64,000 nucleotides of DNA, taken from assembly GCA_044341035.1 (NCBI GenBank), contig JBIISL010000002.1, positions 16,224-80,223 on the forward strand, given 5' to 3'. Position 1 is the stretch's first letter, and the number at the start of each line of letters is the position of its first letter. The DNA comes from Ilumatobacteraceae bacterium (lineage in GTDB: Bacteria > Actinomycetota > Acidimicrobiia > Acidimicrobiales > Ilumatobacteraceae). The notes below the pieces were generated by a model. That model was not told where the DNA came from. It worked only from the letters and a program-made list of their open reading frames with translations, and did not search any database. This document shows positions 34,301 to 49,300 of this stretch, one piece after another. Both the position numbers and the translations under genes were made by a program.

Positions 34301-37300
34301 AATGCTCCGTACACAACAGTCACCCCAGCGAATGGCAACGTGACTCTGAACTGGAATGCCCCCACAGATCTTGGCGGTGGAACTTTGATGTCGTATCGCG
34401 TGGATCACAGTACTGATGGCGTGACCTGGGTTGCTGATGGAACGACGACGTTGACTTCGATGGTTGTTCGAGGTCTTACAAACGGCACCAACTATCGCTT
34501 CCGTGTGACGCCCGTGACAACACAAGGCGACGGAACCGCCGCAGTTCTAACAGGTACGCCATTCGGCCCATCCAGTGCACCATCGTTGTTGCGCGCTAAT
34601 TCTGGTGATGGTTTTGTCACTGTTAACTGGAATGTGCCAACGAATTCCGGTGGATTGCCGATTGCGGGATATCAGATTGATTTGTGCACTTTCGCATCGT
34701 GCACATGGACTACCTATGTACGTAACTCTGGTTCAGCGAGCACTAACACGTATACGTTCTCTGGTCTGACCAATGGGACGCGATACCAGGCTCGTGTGAG
34801 TGCAGTAACGGGTGCATGTGATGAAACATTGACTGACACTGTTGCTTCTTGTAACTATTACGGTGCAACAGTGCTGTCTACGCCAGCAACAGTTCCGTCT
34901 GCTCCGCAGAGTATTACTGCTTCGGTAACTACTAATACCTATGGCGTTCCGACAGCCAGTGGCACCGTGACTTTGAACTGGGCGGCTCCGGCCTCTACTG
35001 GTGGTCAAACTATCTACGGTTATATGTTGGAACAGAGCACCGATGCGGGAACATCGTGGACAGTGATCAATGCAAACCTAGGAACTAACGATGGGGTTCC
35101 ATTGTTAACCGCAACTTTGACTGGCCTGATACCAGGCACGGTGTATACCTACCGCGTTACCCCATTGACTTCTGAAGGAATGGGTGCATCATCGACAACA
35201 TCGATTGTTGCGCCTTCGTGGCCAGCGACAAGCACAGTTCCGAACATGGTGGGTGGGGCAGTAGTGACAACCACTGCAACTGCAATCACTGTGACATGGA
35301 GAACGCCAGTAGCTCCTCTGCCAACGGGATACAAGGTGGAGATCTCTGCAGTTGGTGGAACATTTGTTGCGGCATGGGGAACCTGGGCTGGTCAGACAAC
35401 GTCTGCCAATATGGCGGCTACTACAACTACTGTTGGCGCTGGTGTTACCAGTGTGACCATTGTTGGTAGTGCTGGTAGCCCAACGTCACTGACGACAGGT
35501 GCTTCGAAATACGTCCGAATTACCCCAACGAATGCTGCGGGAAGCGCAACAGCAACTGTGGTGAATGCGACCCCAATGTCTATTGCAACTGCAGTACGTC
35601 CAACGTCTGCAACCGCGGGTGATAGTCAAGTGGCTCTTGTCTGGGCTGCTCCAACGTCAAATGGTGGATTTGTAGTCAATTCGTATCGCATGGAGTATTC
35701 GACTGACGGGGCCCCTTGGACAACATTGACGCTCGATGCTTCGGGAACCTCGTACACAGTGAAGGGATTAACAAACGGAACGCCTTACACATTCCGCATG
35801 GCTGCAATAACTTCAGCCGGGCTTGGTGCGTGGGGAACTTTCACTTCAGTAACTCCAGCGCGTATCCCGTTGTCGCCACTCAACATTGTTGTAACTGGTG
35901 GGGACAAAAGGGCAACGCTTTCATGGGCGGCGCCAACATCAAATGGTGGATCTGCAATTACCGGGTATGCGATTTATCGAAACAACGTTTTGATCACCAC
36001 CGTCTCCGCTTCGACTCTGACTTATGTGGATACCAACAGCACTACTGGTCTTACGAACGGAACGTCGTACTACTGGTCAGTTCGTGCAGTGAATGCAATT
36101 GGCGAGTCAGTCTCGAGCAATGTGTACGGAACTCCGTATTCACAAATTGGGGCACCAACAGGTGTTTTGGCTGTGCGTGGAAATCGTCAAGTCACTGTGT
36201 CGTGGACTGCTCCAGCAAATACCACCGGATTTACTCTCACTGGTTACCAGGTGGAGCGCAGTGTTAACGGTTCAACGTGGACCCTTGACTCAATGGTTAC
36301 TGCATCTCCAGTCACAATTACTAATCTCACAAACGGTGTCATCTATTACTTCAGGGTGACGGCGTACGTGAATGGGGGGCCGTCAGCAAGCCCAGGTGGT
36401 CTGGGCGTTGTGAGTGCCGCCGCATCCGCAACGCCAATGACAGCGGCAACAGCACCGACATCCTTTACTGCCATAAGCGGTAATGGTTCGGTGGCGCTGT
36501 CTTGGTCGGCACCTCAAGATCCAGGCGGCGCTCCCGTGTCGGCCTATCAGATCAACCAGTGTCTTGTTGTCCTTGGCGGAGCGCAATGCAATGTGGCAGG
36601 TCAGTACTCAACAATCGTTACTTCAACAAACTCGACAGGCACCACGTACACGGTGTCTGGTCTTACCAACGGCAGCACGTATTACTTCACTGTTTCAGCG
36701 ATTACGTCATTTGGTGTCGGAACTGCATCGTACATCTACGCAACAAATGCAACGCCAGGTACAACACCGACTGCCGTCCAGGCTCTCGACGCATTGCCAG
36801 GTGATGGCCGTTCAATGGTGACGTGGACAGCCCCCGCAAGCAATGGTGGATACACCTTGATGGGTTACAAAGTAGAGCGTTCTTCCGATAACGGAACAAC
36901 ATGGGTATTACTCAATATCTCGACTAACTACACGTACTACAACGACACCTCTGTGATGAATGGTGTGACTTACACCTATCGCGTCTCTGCGCAAAACGCT
37001 TTGGGGTACGGAACGCCGATGACTACAGCGGTTATTCCATTTGGCCCCGCTGCAGCGCCGGCGAACCTTTCGACTGTTGCAGGTAATGCGCAAGCAACCA
37101 TTAATTGGTCGGTGCCATCAGTTGATGGCGGAACAGCGATCCTTGGTTACAAAGTAGAACAGTCCACGAATAACTCGACATGGACCGTTCTTTCTGCGAA
37201 CGCTGGACTTGGAACTTCGTTTGTGGCCACAGGTCTGACAAATGGAACGCCGTACTATTTCCGCGTCACTGCAGTGACTGCCTTTGCAACCAATACAAGC

Positions 37301-40300
37301 AGTACTGCGACAGCTCTGCCATTGGCCACAGCTACAGCACCAACTTCCTTTGCGGCATCGATTGATGCAACAGGTGGAGTAGTTCTCACGTGGGCGGCTC
37401 CATCATCTAATGGTGGATCAGCAATTTCCTATTACGTAGTACAGCGTTCAACAAATGGGTCAACCTGGGTCGACGTAGCTCAACCAAGCGGATTGACCAC
37501 AACAGTTAATGGTCTGACATTAGGCACTGGCTACAGCTTCCGAATTGCAGCAATTACTTCAGTTGGAACTGGGTCTTATGCAACTGCATCAGCAACCCCA
37601 GTGTCGAACCCCGGCGCCCCGCAGAACTTGGTAGCAAGTATCGACGCGAACGGTGTCGTTACTCTTACCTGGGCCACCCCAGCAAATAATGGAGGAAGCG
37701 CGATTGTTGGTTATGCAATCGAGCGTTGTAACAACACGCAGAACTCTTGTACGCCAGCAACTGTTGTGACGACAACATGTCCATCAACAACGGCCTTCTG
37801 CGTGGTTAATGCGAACAATGGGGGTTCAACAACTGCCGTCGTACAGCCAACTGCTGGCTCTACTGTGATGACGTTCGCTGTTACTACCTTGACATCAGTG
37901 AACTCGGCAACGGGTCTCGCTACGTCACGGCAGGTTTCTGGAGGACTTATTACTGTCGTTGTGCCGCAACTAACGGTAACAACAACTGCAAGTGCGCCAA
38001 CAAACTTGGTCGCAACAGCTGGTAACGCCAGTACATCACTTGCTTGGACAGTTCCATCATCATTGGGATCGCCGGTACCAGGTTCCTATACCTACACGTT
38101 GCAACGCAGCACCGACAACTCAAACTGGACAACAGTGAGTTCTACAATCACGAGCGCAACATTGACCTACTCAGATACTGGTCTCACAAATGGAACGGTG
38201 TACTACTACCGCATTGCAGCTGTCAGTTCTGCAGGCACCGGCGCTTATGCAGCTACTTCCGCGCGTCCATTTACAACTGCTTCCGCTCCGGCGAGCATCA
38301 CGGCGGCATTGCAAGATGCTGCTGTTCTCATTACATGGACAGCACCAACTTCAACCGGCGGGTTGTCTGTTACGAACTATGTCCTTGATGTGTGTACAAC
38401 AAGTGCAGTTGCGTGTGTTGCTGGAGCATCAACTGGATTCACTACTGTTTCCGGCACAGTGCCGACAGACTCGTTGTCCTATGTCGTTTCTGGTCTGACC
38501 AACGGCACCCAATATTGGTTCCGCGTACGAGCTGTTACGTCAGCCGGTAATGGAACAGGCATTGTTGCAACTGCAACTCCGGGTGGTGCGCCATCAGCTG
38601 TTGTTGCTCTCACGACAACTGCCGCAAATACAGGCAATGTTGCATTGTCATGGACAGCTCCCGCCACAAATGGCTCAGCCATCACTGGTTACAAGGTGGA
38701 AATGTGCACAGCGAACTGTGCGACAAACGGAACGTTCACCCTTCTCGGTACTACAACGGCCTTAACGCCATTCGTCTCGAGTCCATTGCCTAACTTCACC
38801 TGCACATCAATCACTGCTTGTTCTGCAAATGCAGGGCTCGCGGGTCTTATCAATGGAACTAGCACCACCTTCCGCGTTTCGGCCATCAATGCCATCGGAA
38901 CTGGTTACGGTTCGCTTGCGGTGGCTGTCCCGTTCACGTTGGCAGCGTCGCCAACAGGCTCTGCAGGAACAATTACTGCTAACCCGACAAATGCCGACAA
39001 CTATGGTGCGTCTGTCACGACTGATGCGCCAACACTGTGGTACCGCCTCAACAACGCATCGGGCGCAACAGCTGTGACCGATGCATCGGGAACACCGCGT
39101 ACCAGCACTGTAGGTTCCTCGGTGACATTCAATGGAAATGCTGGCTCACCATTCGGTGGCACAAGCGGGTCTGCAACATTCAACGGCGCTGCTGGCTCAG
39201 CTGCTGCATACCCAACAGTGGCACCAACTACACCAATCAACTTGGCGGGTGCTATCTCAACGCTTTCAGGCAATGATCTGAAAATTTCAGGTTCAGTCAC
39301 TTTGGAAGCATGGATAAAGCCTGCTGCAGGTGCGTCAAATAGATGGCAGACGATTGTTTCGCGTGGCAATAGTGGTGTAAGCACTCGTAACTACGGCTTG
39401 TTTATAAATGGATCACAGGTTTACTTTGGTTTCAATACCAGTGCTGGTTTGCAAGGTGCTTTCACTCAATCAGGTGTCGCAGAAGCAAGTGTGTGGTCGC
39501 ATCTCGTAGGTGTCTTTGATCAGACAACTGGCCTAGTCCGAATCTATGTCAACGGCCAGTTGCAAGCATCAGCGTTTGCAACACAATCGGGTGCATTGGT
39601 GACTTCTGCAGTGGGTGAAGTATTGATTGGTAATAGCTACAACGCAGATGCACCTACACCGTTCTTTGCAGGTCAGATGAGCGAAGTAGCGATCTATAAC
39701 AAGGCCGTGACCGGTGCACGCATTCTTGCGCACTACAACGCATCGGGAATCGCTGCGCAGGGCAAGACTGCTCCGTCGGTTACGCCAAACGGTTCAAGCC
39801 TCACTCTCAACTGGACAGCGCCAACAAATACGGGTGGTCTCGCTATCACTGGTTACAAGATTGACTATGTCTTGCCTTCGACCGCAATTGCTGCGAATAC
39901 GGGTGCTGCATGGTCAGTATTGATTGCCGATATTGGCTCAACAAGCACTACATATACATTGAATAGCGCCGTGACGTCTGCACTGGGACAGGGCTATATG
40001 TTCCAGGTGAGCGCAATTACATCTGCGGGTGTGGGTGCATCGTCACTGCCTGTTGGTCCAATTGGCACGGCAGCAGCACCAAGTGAACCGCGTTCGTTTG
40101 CTGCAGTCGGGGGAACAGCACAGGTAGCACTTACGTGGACGGCCCCGGCCAGTACTGGCGGTCTTACTGTTAGTGGTTACACCATTGAGCGCAGTGCAGA
40201 TAACGGCATCACTTGGACATCGGTGGGTGCTACAACAGCCTCGTCACCGTTCGTCACGGGAGCAGTCCCTGGATTCACATGTTCTGCTATCGCTGCATGT

Positions 40301-43300
40301 ATTGATGGGACAACTGCAATGTTGCCTGGCGCATCATTCCAGTACCGAATCGCTGCTATCACGCCTGCTGGCAATAGCAGTTACTCAGTTGCATCTGCTG
40401 GCCCTGCAAACACGGTGACAGCACTTCTTGCAGTTGCTGGTAATGCACAAGTCAGTCTCAGTTGGGACATCATGCCAACAACGGCTGGTCAAACTGTTGC
40501 CGGATACTTCGTTGAATACTGCACGGGTACGTGTACCGCGACAACGGGCACCTACACCGCTGTCACTGCAATTGCAGGTGCACCGACAAACGGCACAACT
40601 CCGAATAGCTACATCACAGCAACCGGTCTGACTAATGGCACCATCTACACATTCCGTGTCCGTGCTGTCTATGGCGCCAGCAATACGCGTGGTCCGGCAG
40701 TCATCGTTACCGGCATGCCGGTTGCGAGTGCACAGATCAGCGTTCAGTTATTGAATTCCACAGCTTCCACTACAACAATGGCATTGAACTGGCTTGCCCC
40801 TGTGGCAGTGGTGGGTAACACAATTGCTGGTTACTTAGTGGAGTACTGCGCTGCAAACTGTGGTGTTGCAGGAGCAACGTTTACAACAGCAACACCTGTA
40901 GCGGGCACGCCAACTGGTGCAACAACCACATTGTTGTCGTACAACATCGCTGGATTAACAACAAACAATACGTACGCCTTCCGAGTCACGCCAGTATTGG
41001 TAGCTGGTTCAACTGGCGTAGCAAGTCCATCAGTTGTTTTCGACACGCCAACTGCTTCGGTTGATGCACCAACTGCAATGCAGGCAGCTGGTCGCTTGAA
41101 CAGTGTCTATGTTTCATGGGCTCCTCCTGCTACACGCGGTGGATACCCAATCCTTGGTTATCGCGTGGAATACCGCGTGAACAACACCGGTAACTGGGTC
41201 ACTGCTACCACTAACTCGTATTCATCAACTCCGAATTATGCGGTCGCAGGTTTGACAGCAGGAGTGACATATGGATTCCAAGTCACTGCACTGACGGCAG
41301 CTGGACCAGGTGCAACTAGCGCACCCGTTACCGGGGTTCCATTTGGGGCAGCTGCTGCACCAACAAACCTCCGTGCATCTGCATCTAGTGGACAAGCAGC
41401 AATTCAATGGGAGACACCAACAAGCAATGGTGGAAATACCATCACTGGCTATCGCATTGAATCGAGTGTCGATGGCGGAACGACATGGAGTGATGAGGTT
41501 GCAAATACAAACAGTGTTGCTACCGCCTACACCTTGACCGGTCTCGACAACGGTGTCACTGTTCTTATTCGTGTGAGCGCGGTAACTTCTGCAGGTAGCG
41601 GTCAGGTATCAAACGTGGCCCCGGCAATTCCAAGTGCACCAGCATCTGCGCCAACCAATGTGTCTGCAATTGTCGGTAACGCTCAGGCAGTTCTCACTTG
41701 GACTGCTCCAGCAGATACGGGCGGGTTACCTGTTACTGGTTACATGATTGAACGTTCCGCTGATGGAACAACATGGTCAACAGTGACTGCAAACTCGGGC
41801 AACCCTGTTCCTGCATCAGTGCAATCGGGTCTGACCAACGGCGAGACATATCAATTCCGCATCTCGGCAATAACTGCCGGTGGTACCGGAGTTGCAAGTG
41901 CACCATTTACCGTGAAGCCGTATACAACGCCATCGGCACCAACATCTTTTGTGGCGCAACCGAGCGACGGCCAGATCACCATGACATGGGGAGTGCCAGC
42001 TGTAGATGGTGGTGCAGTAGTTAGTGATTACCGCGTTGAACAATCCCTCGATGGTGGCATCACTTGGACCGCTGCGGCAACAAGCACGGGAGGTACTCGC
42101 CAAGCAACAATTACGGGTCTCACAAACGGCACTCCGATTCTGTTGCGTGTCTTTGCTTTAAACACTGCCGGTGTAGGAACTCCAACACAGTCGATCAGCA
42201 CCTCGGCCTACACAATTCCCGCTGCTCCAAATGCACTTGTGGCATCTGGAGCGAATGCTTCTGTCTTGTTGTCATGGACTGCACCAACCAACACCAACGG
42301 TTCGCCAGTTTCTGGTTACAAGGTGGAGCGTTCTATTGATGCAGGCACAACATGGACTGTGGCGATTGCCAACACTGGCAACTCGGGTACCAATGTTGTT
42401 GTGAATGATCTGACAAACGGAACTGCATATGCTTTCCGTGTAAGTGCGATTAACGCAGCTGGGGCTGGCGATGCGTCTGGTTCGACTGGCGCAACACCAA
42501 TGACAACTGCGAGTGCACCAACAGCAGTGACTGGAACGGGTGGAGATACAACGGCGACGATTTCCTGGTCACTACCAACTATTGATGGTGGAACAGCGAT
42601 TACTGATTACAACGTTGAGCGATCGAGCGATGGTGGAGTGACCTGGACATCCGTGGCAAGCAATATTGTTGGCACTTCGTATAGCGACACAGCACTCACA
42701 AATGGAATTACGTACTTGTACCGGGTCAGTGCTGTGAATGCAGCAGGAACTGGATCCAGTAGTGCTGGTGTTGCAGTTGTTGCTGCAGCGCGAGCTGGTG
42801 CATCAACAGGACTAGTGGCAACTTCTGGTAGTGGCTCCGTCATCTTGTCGTGGGTTTCTCCAACTGATACAGGTGGTGCTGCAATCACTGGCTACTTCAT
42901 TGAGATCTCAGAAGACAGTGGTGACACATGGGCAACAGCAATCGCAAATACGAACACTTCGGCAGCATTTGCTGTAGTGAGCAATTTGGCTGAGGGTCAG
43001 CTGTATTCCTTCCGTATCTCTGCAATCAATGCTGCAGGCATCGGAACCACCAGCACGAATGTTGATGGAACGCCAGTCATTGTCTCCAGTGTTGTGCTGT
43101 CAGGTACAGCAAACAGTGAAAATGTTTCTCTGACATGGACAGCGCCAACAGACATTGTTCAAACTGGTTACGTTGTTGAGAAGTCGGCTGACGGAATCAC
43201 ATGGACTCCGGCAATGTTGAACCCAGGTGCAAATGCCACAAGCGGTACTGCATCAGGCTTGACAAACGGAACGGTGTACTTCTTCCGTATCCAGGTTGTC

Positions 43301-46300
43301 ACCGCTGGCGGTCCTGCTTCGAGTTACTCGAATTACCTCGCACTTGTTCCACGTGGATTGGCTGGCGCACCGTCAGCGCTGACCGCCGTGGCAGGGGACA
43401 CCCAGGTCACATTACGTTGGGTTGCTCCAGTATCGGATGGTGGAACAGCTATCAGCGGATACAAGATTGAGTACAGCGCTAATGCCGGAACGTCTTGGAC
43501 AACTGCAACCGCAACAACTGGTAACCAAGCAGTTCTTTACACCGTGACTGGCCTTACGAATGCCACTGCATACACATTCCGTGTTTCGGCAGTGAACGCA
43601 GTAGGCGCGGGTACTGCAAGTGCAACTGCTGCTGGCACACCTTTCACCATCCCCGGAACATCAAACTCGGTGACCACGACTGCTGGAACAGCGCAAGTTG
43701 TTCTGAACTGGGTTGCTCCAGCAAGCAATGGCGGAAGCGTCATTACTGCTTATGTGGTTCAGATGACATCTGATGGTGGTGCAACATGGTCCACGCTCAC
43801 TGCATCCACTACTGCACTTACTTACACGGCAACTGGATTAACAAATGGAACTACGTATGCGTTCCGTGTGGCAGCAAAAAACCTTGCTGGTACTGGCGTT
43901 ACAACAAACCCAGTCACTTCGACTCCATTCGAAGCGCCCAACGCTCCAACAGCGCTTTCAGCAGTGGCAGGGGACACCTCTGTCTCGATTTCCTGGACTG
44001 CGCCAACAAACGTTGCTTCGACGGCAATCGTTGGCTACAAGGTGGAGAAGTCAGCAAACGCTGGAACTACTTGGAGTATTGCAACTGCAAACACAGCATC
44101 AAACTTGACCAACTACACGGTGACTGGATTAACAAATGGCACGGCCTACGCATTACGAGTAACTGCGTTGATCTCAGCCGGTCCAGGTGCGGCGTCTGCT
44201 TCAGTAAATGCGACTCCGTTTGGTGTACCAAGTGCACCACAGAGCATCGTTGTTGTATCAAGTGATTCACAAGTCACTATTTCATGGGCGGCGCCAGTAT
44301 CAAATGGTGGAAGCGTGCTGACCGGATACATCGTGCAGATCTCCACCGATGGTGGTGCAACATTTACTGATGCGGTGACGACAACTAGCACGAGCGTCTC
44401 TATTGGAAGCCTGACTAACGGAACTAGTTATGTGTTCCGTGTTGTTGCTGTGAATGCAGCCGGCAATGGCATCGTTAGTGGTACGACATCGGGTACTCCG
44501 TTTACGTCTCCAGGTGCACCAACATCACCACAGGCAGTCGGTGGAACAAATGAAGTAGTTCTCTCTTGGACCGCACCTTCATCAACTGGTGGAAGCGCGT
44601 TGGTGGGTTACCGGATTGAGCGCAGCTCAAATGGCGGAACTTCTTGGACCACAGTTGTTTCGAACACCGGTTCAACAGCAACTGCCTTCACTGTAGGCAA
44701 TCTCTCTGCCGGTGTGGTGTACACATTCCGCATTGCAGCCGTCACTAATGGTGGCTTTGGTACATACAGCGTGAACTTCACGGGTTCAGCAGTGGGTCTC
44801 GCAACAGCACCGGGTTCTTTGACCGCGAACGCTGCAACAAGTCAGGTGACATTGTCATGGACAGCTCCTACCTCTACTGGCGGAAGCACTGTTGCCACCT
44901 ATGTGGTGGAAAAGAGCGCAGACGGCGGCGTCACGTGGTCCACCGTGACAACAGCTGCAACAGGAACCTCTTACGTGGTTACCGGACTTACAAATGCAAC
45001 AACATACTCCTTCCGGGTGAGTGCAGTTAATGCGAGTGGTGCAGGTATTTCATCTGCGCCAGCAACAGCAACGCCATTCACAACTCCAGATGCGCCAACC
45101 GGACTTTCCGTAATCGCAGCAACATCGCAAGCTGTTTTGGTGTGGACAACACCAGCAAGTGATGGAGGAACCTCAATTACCGGTTACAAGGTGGAGCAAT
45201 CCACTGACGGTGGCACAACGTGGACATCGCTAGTTGCGAATACTGGTTCTGCATCAACGGTCTATGTGGTCTCTGGCCTCACTAATGGAAGTGCGTATCG
45301 ATTCCGTGTTAGTGCAATTAACTCTGCAGGTATTGGAATCGCATCAACGATCGCAACCGCAACGCCATCTGGTACTGCAACAGCTCCACGATCTTTGATC
45401 GCGACCGCGTCTGATGGCCAGGTTGCACTCGCATGGGTAGCACCTTCTTCCACGGGCGGTAATCCAGTGACTGGTTACTCCATTGAAGTGAGTTCTAATG
45501 GCGGCACATCGTGGACAACCCTGATCGCCGACACCGCTTCAACTACAACGAGTTATAGCGCAACTGGTCTTTCTAACGGAACGACGTATGCGTTCCGAGT
45601 ATCTGCAATCAATATCAATGGTGTTGGTGCCGTGAGCTCGCCCGCTTCTGCTGCACCTTTCACAACGCCGGGACAAGTCCCTGCAATCACAACTACCGCT
45701 GGCAATGCACAGGTGCTTCTCTCTTGGACAGCACCAACGACTGATGGTGGTGGCGCGATTTCCGGCTACAAGATTGAACGCTCTGCAGACTCTGGTGCAA
45801 CCTGGTCAACCTTGACAGCGAACACCAATTCGGCTGCAACGAACTACACAGCTTCAGCTCTAATCAATGGAACTGTGTATTCATTCCGTGTTTCGGCAGT
45901 GAATGGCGCTGGCACCGGTACAGCCAGTTCTAGCGAAACTGCAACCCCATTCGCTGGTGCTGCTGCGCCAACTGCTTTGAGCGCAACTCCATCCAGCACT
46001 CAAGTGGTGTTGTCCTGGACTGCCCCGAGTGCAACTGGTGGATCTGCAATTGTCGGTTATCGCATTGAATCCACTGTGAACGGTGGAACCTCCTGGTCAA
46101 TAGTTGTTGCTGATACTGCATCAACGGCAACGTCGTACATCGCAATCGCACTAACTAATGGCCAGCAATATGGTTTCCGCGTTAGTGCAATCAATGGTGC
46201 AGGCGTAGGCGTTGCCAGTGCAGTTGCTACCTCCACTCCGTTTACTGTCGCCTCCGCACCAGTGTCGGTAGTGGCAACGCCTGCTGATACGCAGGTTCTC

Positions 46301-49300
46301 TTGACATGGGTCGCTGGTGCATCAAATGGTGCATCAATCACGGGTTATGTCATCGAATTTTCTAGCGATGCTGGTGCAACATGGTCAACAGTTTCTGCAA
46401 ATACAAATTCAGGACTGACTCGCTACACCGTGATAGGGCTCACAAACGGAATGTCGTACACATTCCGTGTTGCTGGTATTAACCAGGCAGGAACTGGTAC
46501 TTCCACTTCGAGTAGCGCAACTGTTCCTGCGGGAGCGCCGTCTGCACCGTTGTCGTTGGTTGTTGCTCCGGGCAACACTGCTGCAACATTGACATGGACA
46601 GCACCATCAACTGATGGTGGTTCGCCAATCATTGGATACCGCATTGAACGTTCGGTGAACTCGGGTGCAACCTGGACAATAGTGGTTGCAGACTCTGCTT
46701 CTTCCAGCACTTCCTACACCGCAACTGGTCTCACGAATGGTGCTAGTTACAACTTCCGCGTTAGTGCGCTGAACGCTGTAACGGTCGGCGCTTCAAGTCT
46801 TGCTGGTTCAGTAGTTCCTGCTGGTGTGCCGGTAGCGCCAACGTCGTTGTCAGCAACTGCAACAAATACAGCAGTTGTTCTCGTATGGACGCGTCCGCTG
46901 AATGATGGGGGCAATGCAATTGTTGGCTATTTGGTGGAGACATCTAGTGATGGTGGCGCCAACTGGACAACTGCAATTGCAAATACAAACTCAACAGTTA
47001 CATCCACAACAGTTACTGGTCTCACGAACGGTTCGCTATACAGTTTCCGCATCAGCGGTATTAATGCTGTGGGTTCTGGCGCAGCCAGCACTGTCATCAC
47101 AGCAACTCCTGCAAGTGTCCCAACTGTTGCGCAAAACCTCATTGCAACAGCATCAAATGGTCAAGTAGAACTGTCGTGGACTGCGCCAGCAACGAACGGT
47201 GGCAGCAGTGTTACTGGTTATCGCATTGAGCGTTCGACTGATGGCATCACGTGGAATACCATCTCATCTGGCACTGCGGCAACTACCTACACCGTTACTG
47301 GATTGACGAACGGTTCTACGTATATGTTCCGCCTTGCTGCAACCAACGCAATTGGTGACAGCGCGATGACGGCTGCAGTCACTGCTAGTCCAGCGGCTTC
47401 TGCAACTGCCCCTCAAACATTCGTTGCCACAGTAGGGGATCGTGCTGCCACATTGACATGGGCTGCTCCAGCATCAAATGGCGGTATGCCTGTCCTTTCC
47501 TATGTGATCGAGCGCCTAAATAGTGATGGTTCCACGTGGGCTGCTGAAGCAAGTGGTGTCGTTGGTTACGGATACTCCGTAACTGGTCTGACGAACTTTG
47601 TTGGGTACATGTTCCGTGTCGCCGCGATCACTACTTCAGGGAAAGGTGCGTGGGCAACAATGTCCAGTCCAGTCACCCCATTCCGTGCACCGCCGTCTCC
47701 AGAAACACCAGCAGTGCCAGATGCACCAACAGCGGTAACAACCACTGTTGAGTCGGGCCAAACATCAATTGTCTGGACTACTCCTGCAAGCGATGGTGGT
47801 GCTGCCATTTCTAGTTACATCGTGGAACGCTCCACAAACGGAGGCACTTCATGGACAACGGTTGCTAACACAATGGCGACGTCGTTTATTGCAACAGGTC
47901 TTACAAACGGCGCGACGTACATCTTCCGAGTCACGGCTGCGAACTCGGTTGGCAATGGCTTGCCAAGTGTTATGGCCGTCGTAACGCCAGCAACACTCGC
48001 AGCGGCGCCGACCAACATTTCCATCTCGACTGGTAATGGTCTCTTGTCCTTCTCGTGGCTCGCACCTGCAAGCACCGGTGGAATGCCAGTTGTTTCGTAT
48101 GTTGTTGAAACCTCAGCAACAGGTACAAGTGGTTGGAATACTGCAAGCACAGGGTCTCCTTCAACGTCATTGGTGATTGATGGCCTTACAAATGGCACAC
48201 CTCTCCACATGCGAGTTGCTGCTGTAACAGCAATTGGACAAGGTGCGTGGGCCACTGCAGTTGGCACACCAAGCATTGGTGCAGTTGCGGGAATCTCAAC
48301 CAATGTGGTTGCAACTCCGGGTGCTGGCCAGGTCGCATTGACATGGACTGCTCCGGTAGCTAAGGGTGGATCACCAATCACTGGCTATCTCATTGAGAAG
48401 TCTCTCGATGGAAACTCGTGGATGGTTGTTACTTCCAATACCGGAAGCTCACTGACTTCGTACAACGTCACAGGCTTGGCAAATGGAACAACCACATACT
48501 TGCGCGTGAGCGCAATCAACGGTGCTGGAAGTGGTTTGCCGACGGGTGCTGTCACGGTTACGCCGTTGACTACAGCGAATGCTCCTCAAACCCTTATTGC
48601 CACAGCCGGTAATACACAAGCATCACTTGCATGGGTAGCGCCTACCGATAACGGTGGATCTGCAATTACGGGTTACACCATTCAGGTGTCATCGAACTCT
48701 GGTGCAACCTGGAGCAACATGGCAAATGTGGTGGGTACTTCTTACACCGCAACAGGACTCACCAATGGCACCAGTTATGCATTCCGTGTTCTTGCAATTA
48801 ATGCTGGTGGTGCAGGTAGTGCATCGGCTCCCGATGTAGCCGTGCCATTTGCAACGTCAAGTGCAGTGCGCAACCTTCTGGTTGCTGTTGCAGATAGCCA
48901 AGTCACTGCAAGTTGGACCGCACCTCTATCCAATGGTGGTTCTGCTATCAGCGGATACCGCGTTGCATACAGCACTGATAACGGCACAACTTTCTCTGCA
49001 GACACTGTTGTCAACGGAACAACAGCAGTCATAACGGGCCTGACAAATGGGTCAGCAGTAGTTGTTCGAGTCATTCCAGTGAACGCAGCAGGAAACGGAG
49101 CATCAACATCATCAGCTGCTGCGACACCACGCACAGTTGCTGCGGCTGCATCTGCAGTTGTAGCAACAGCAGGAAATGGGCAAGTCAGTCTCAGTTGGGT
49201 TGCACCAACGGATAATGGTGGATCTGCAGTAACGGGTTACTACGTTGAACGCGCGGTAGGTGCTGGAGGATTGTGGACTCGTATCGCAACCGTCACCACT

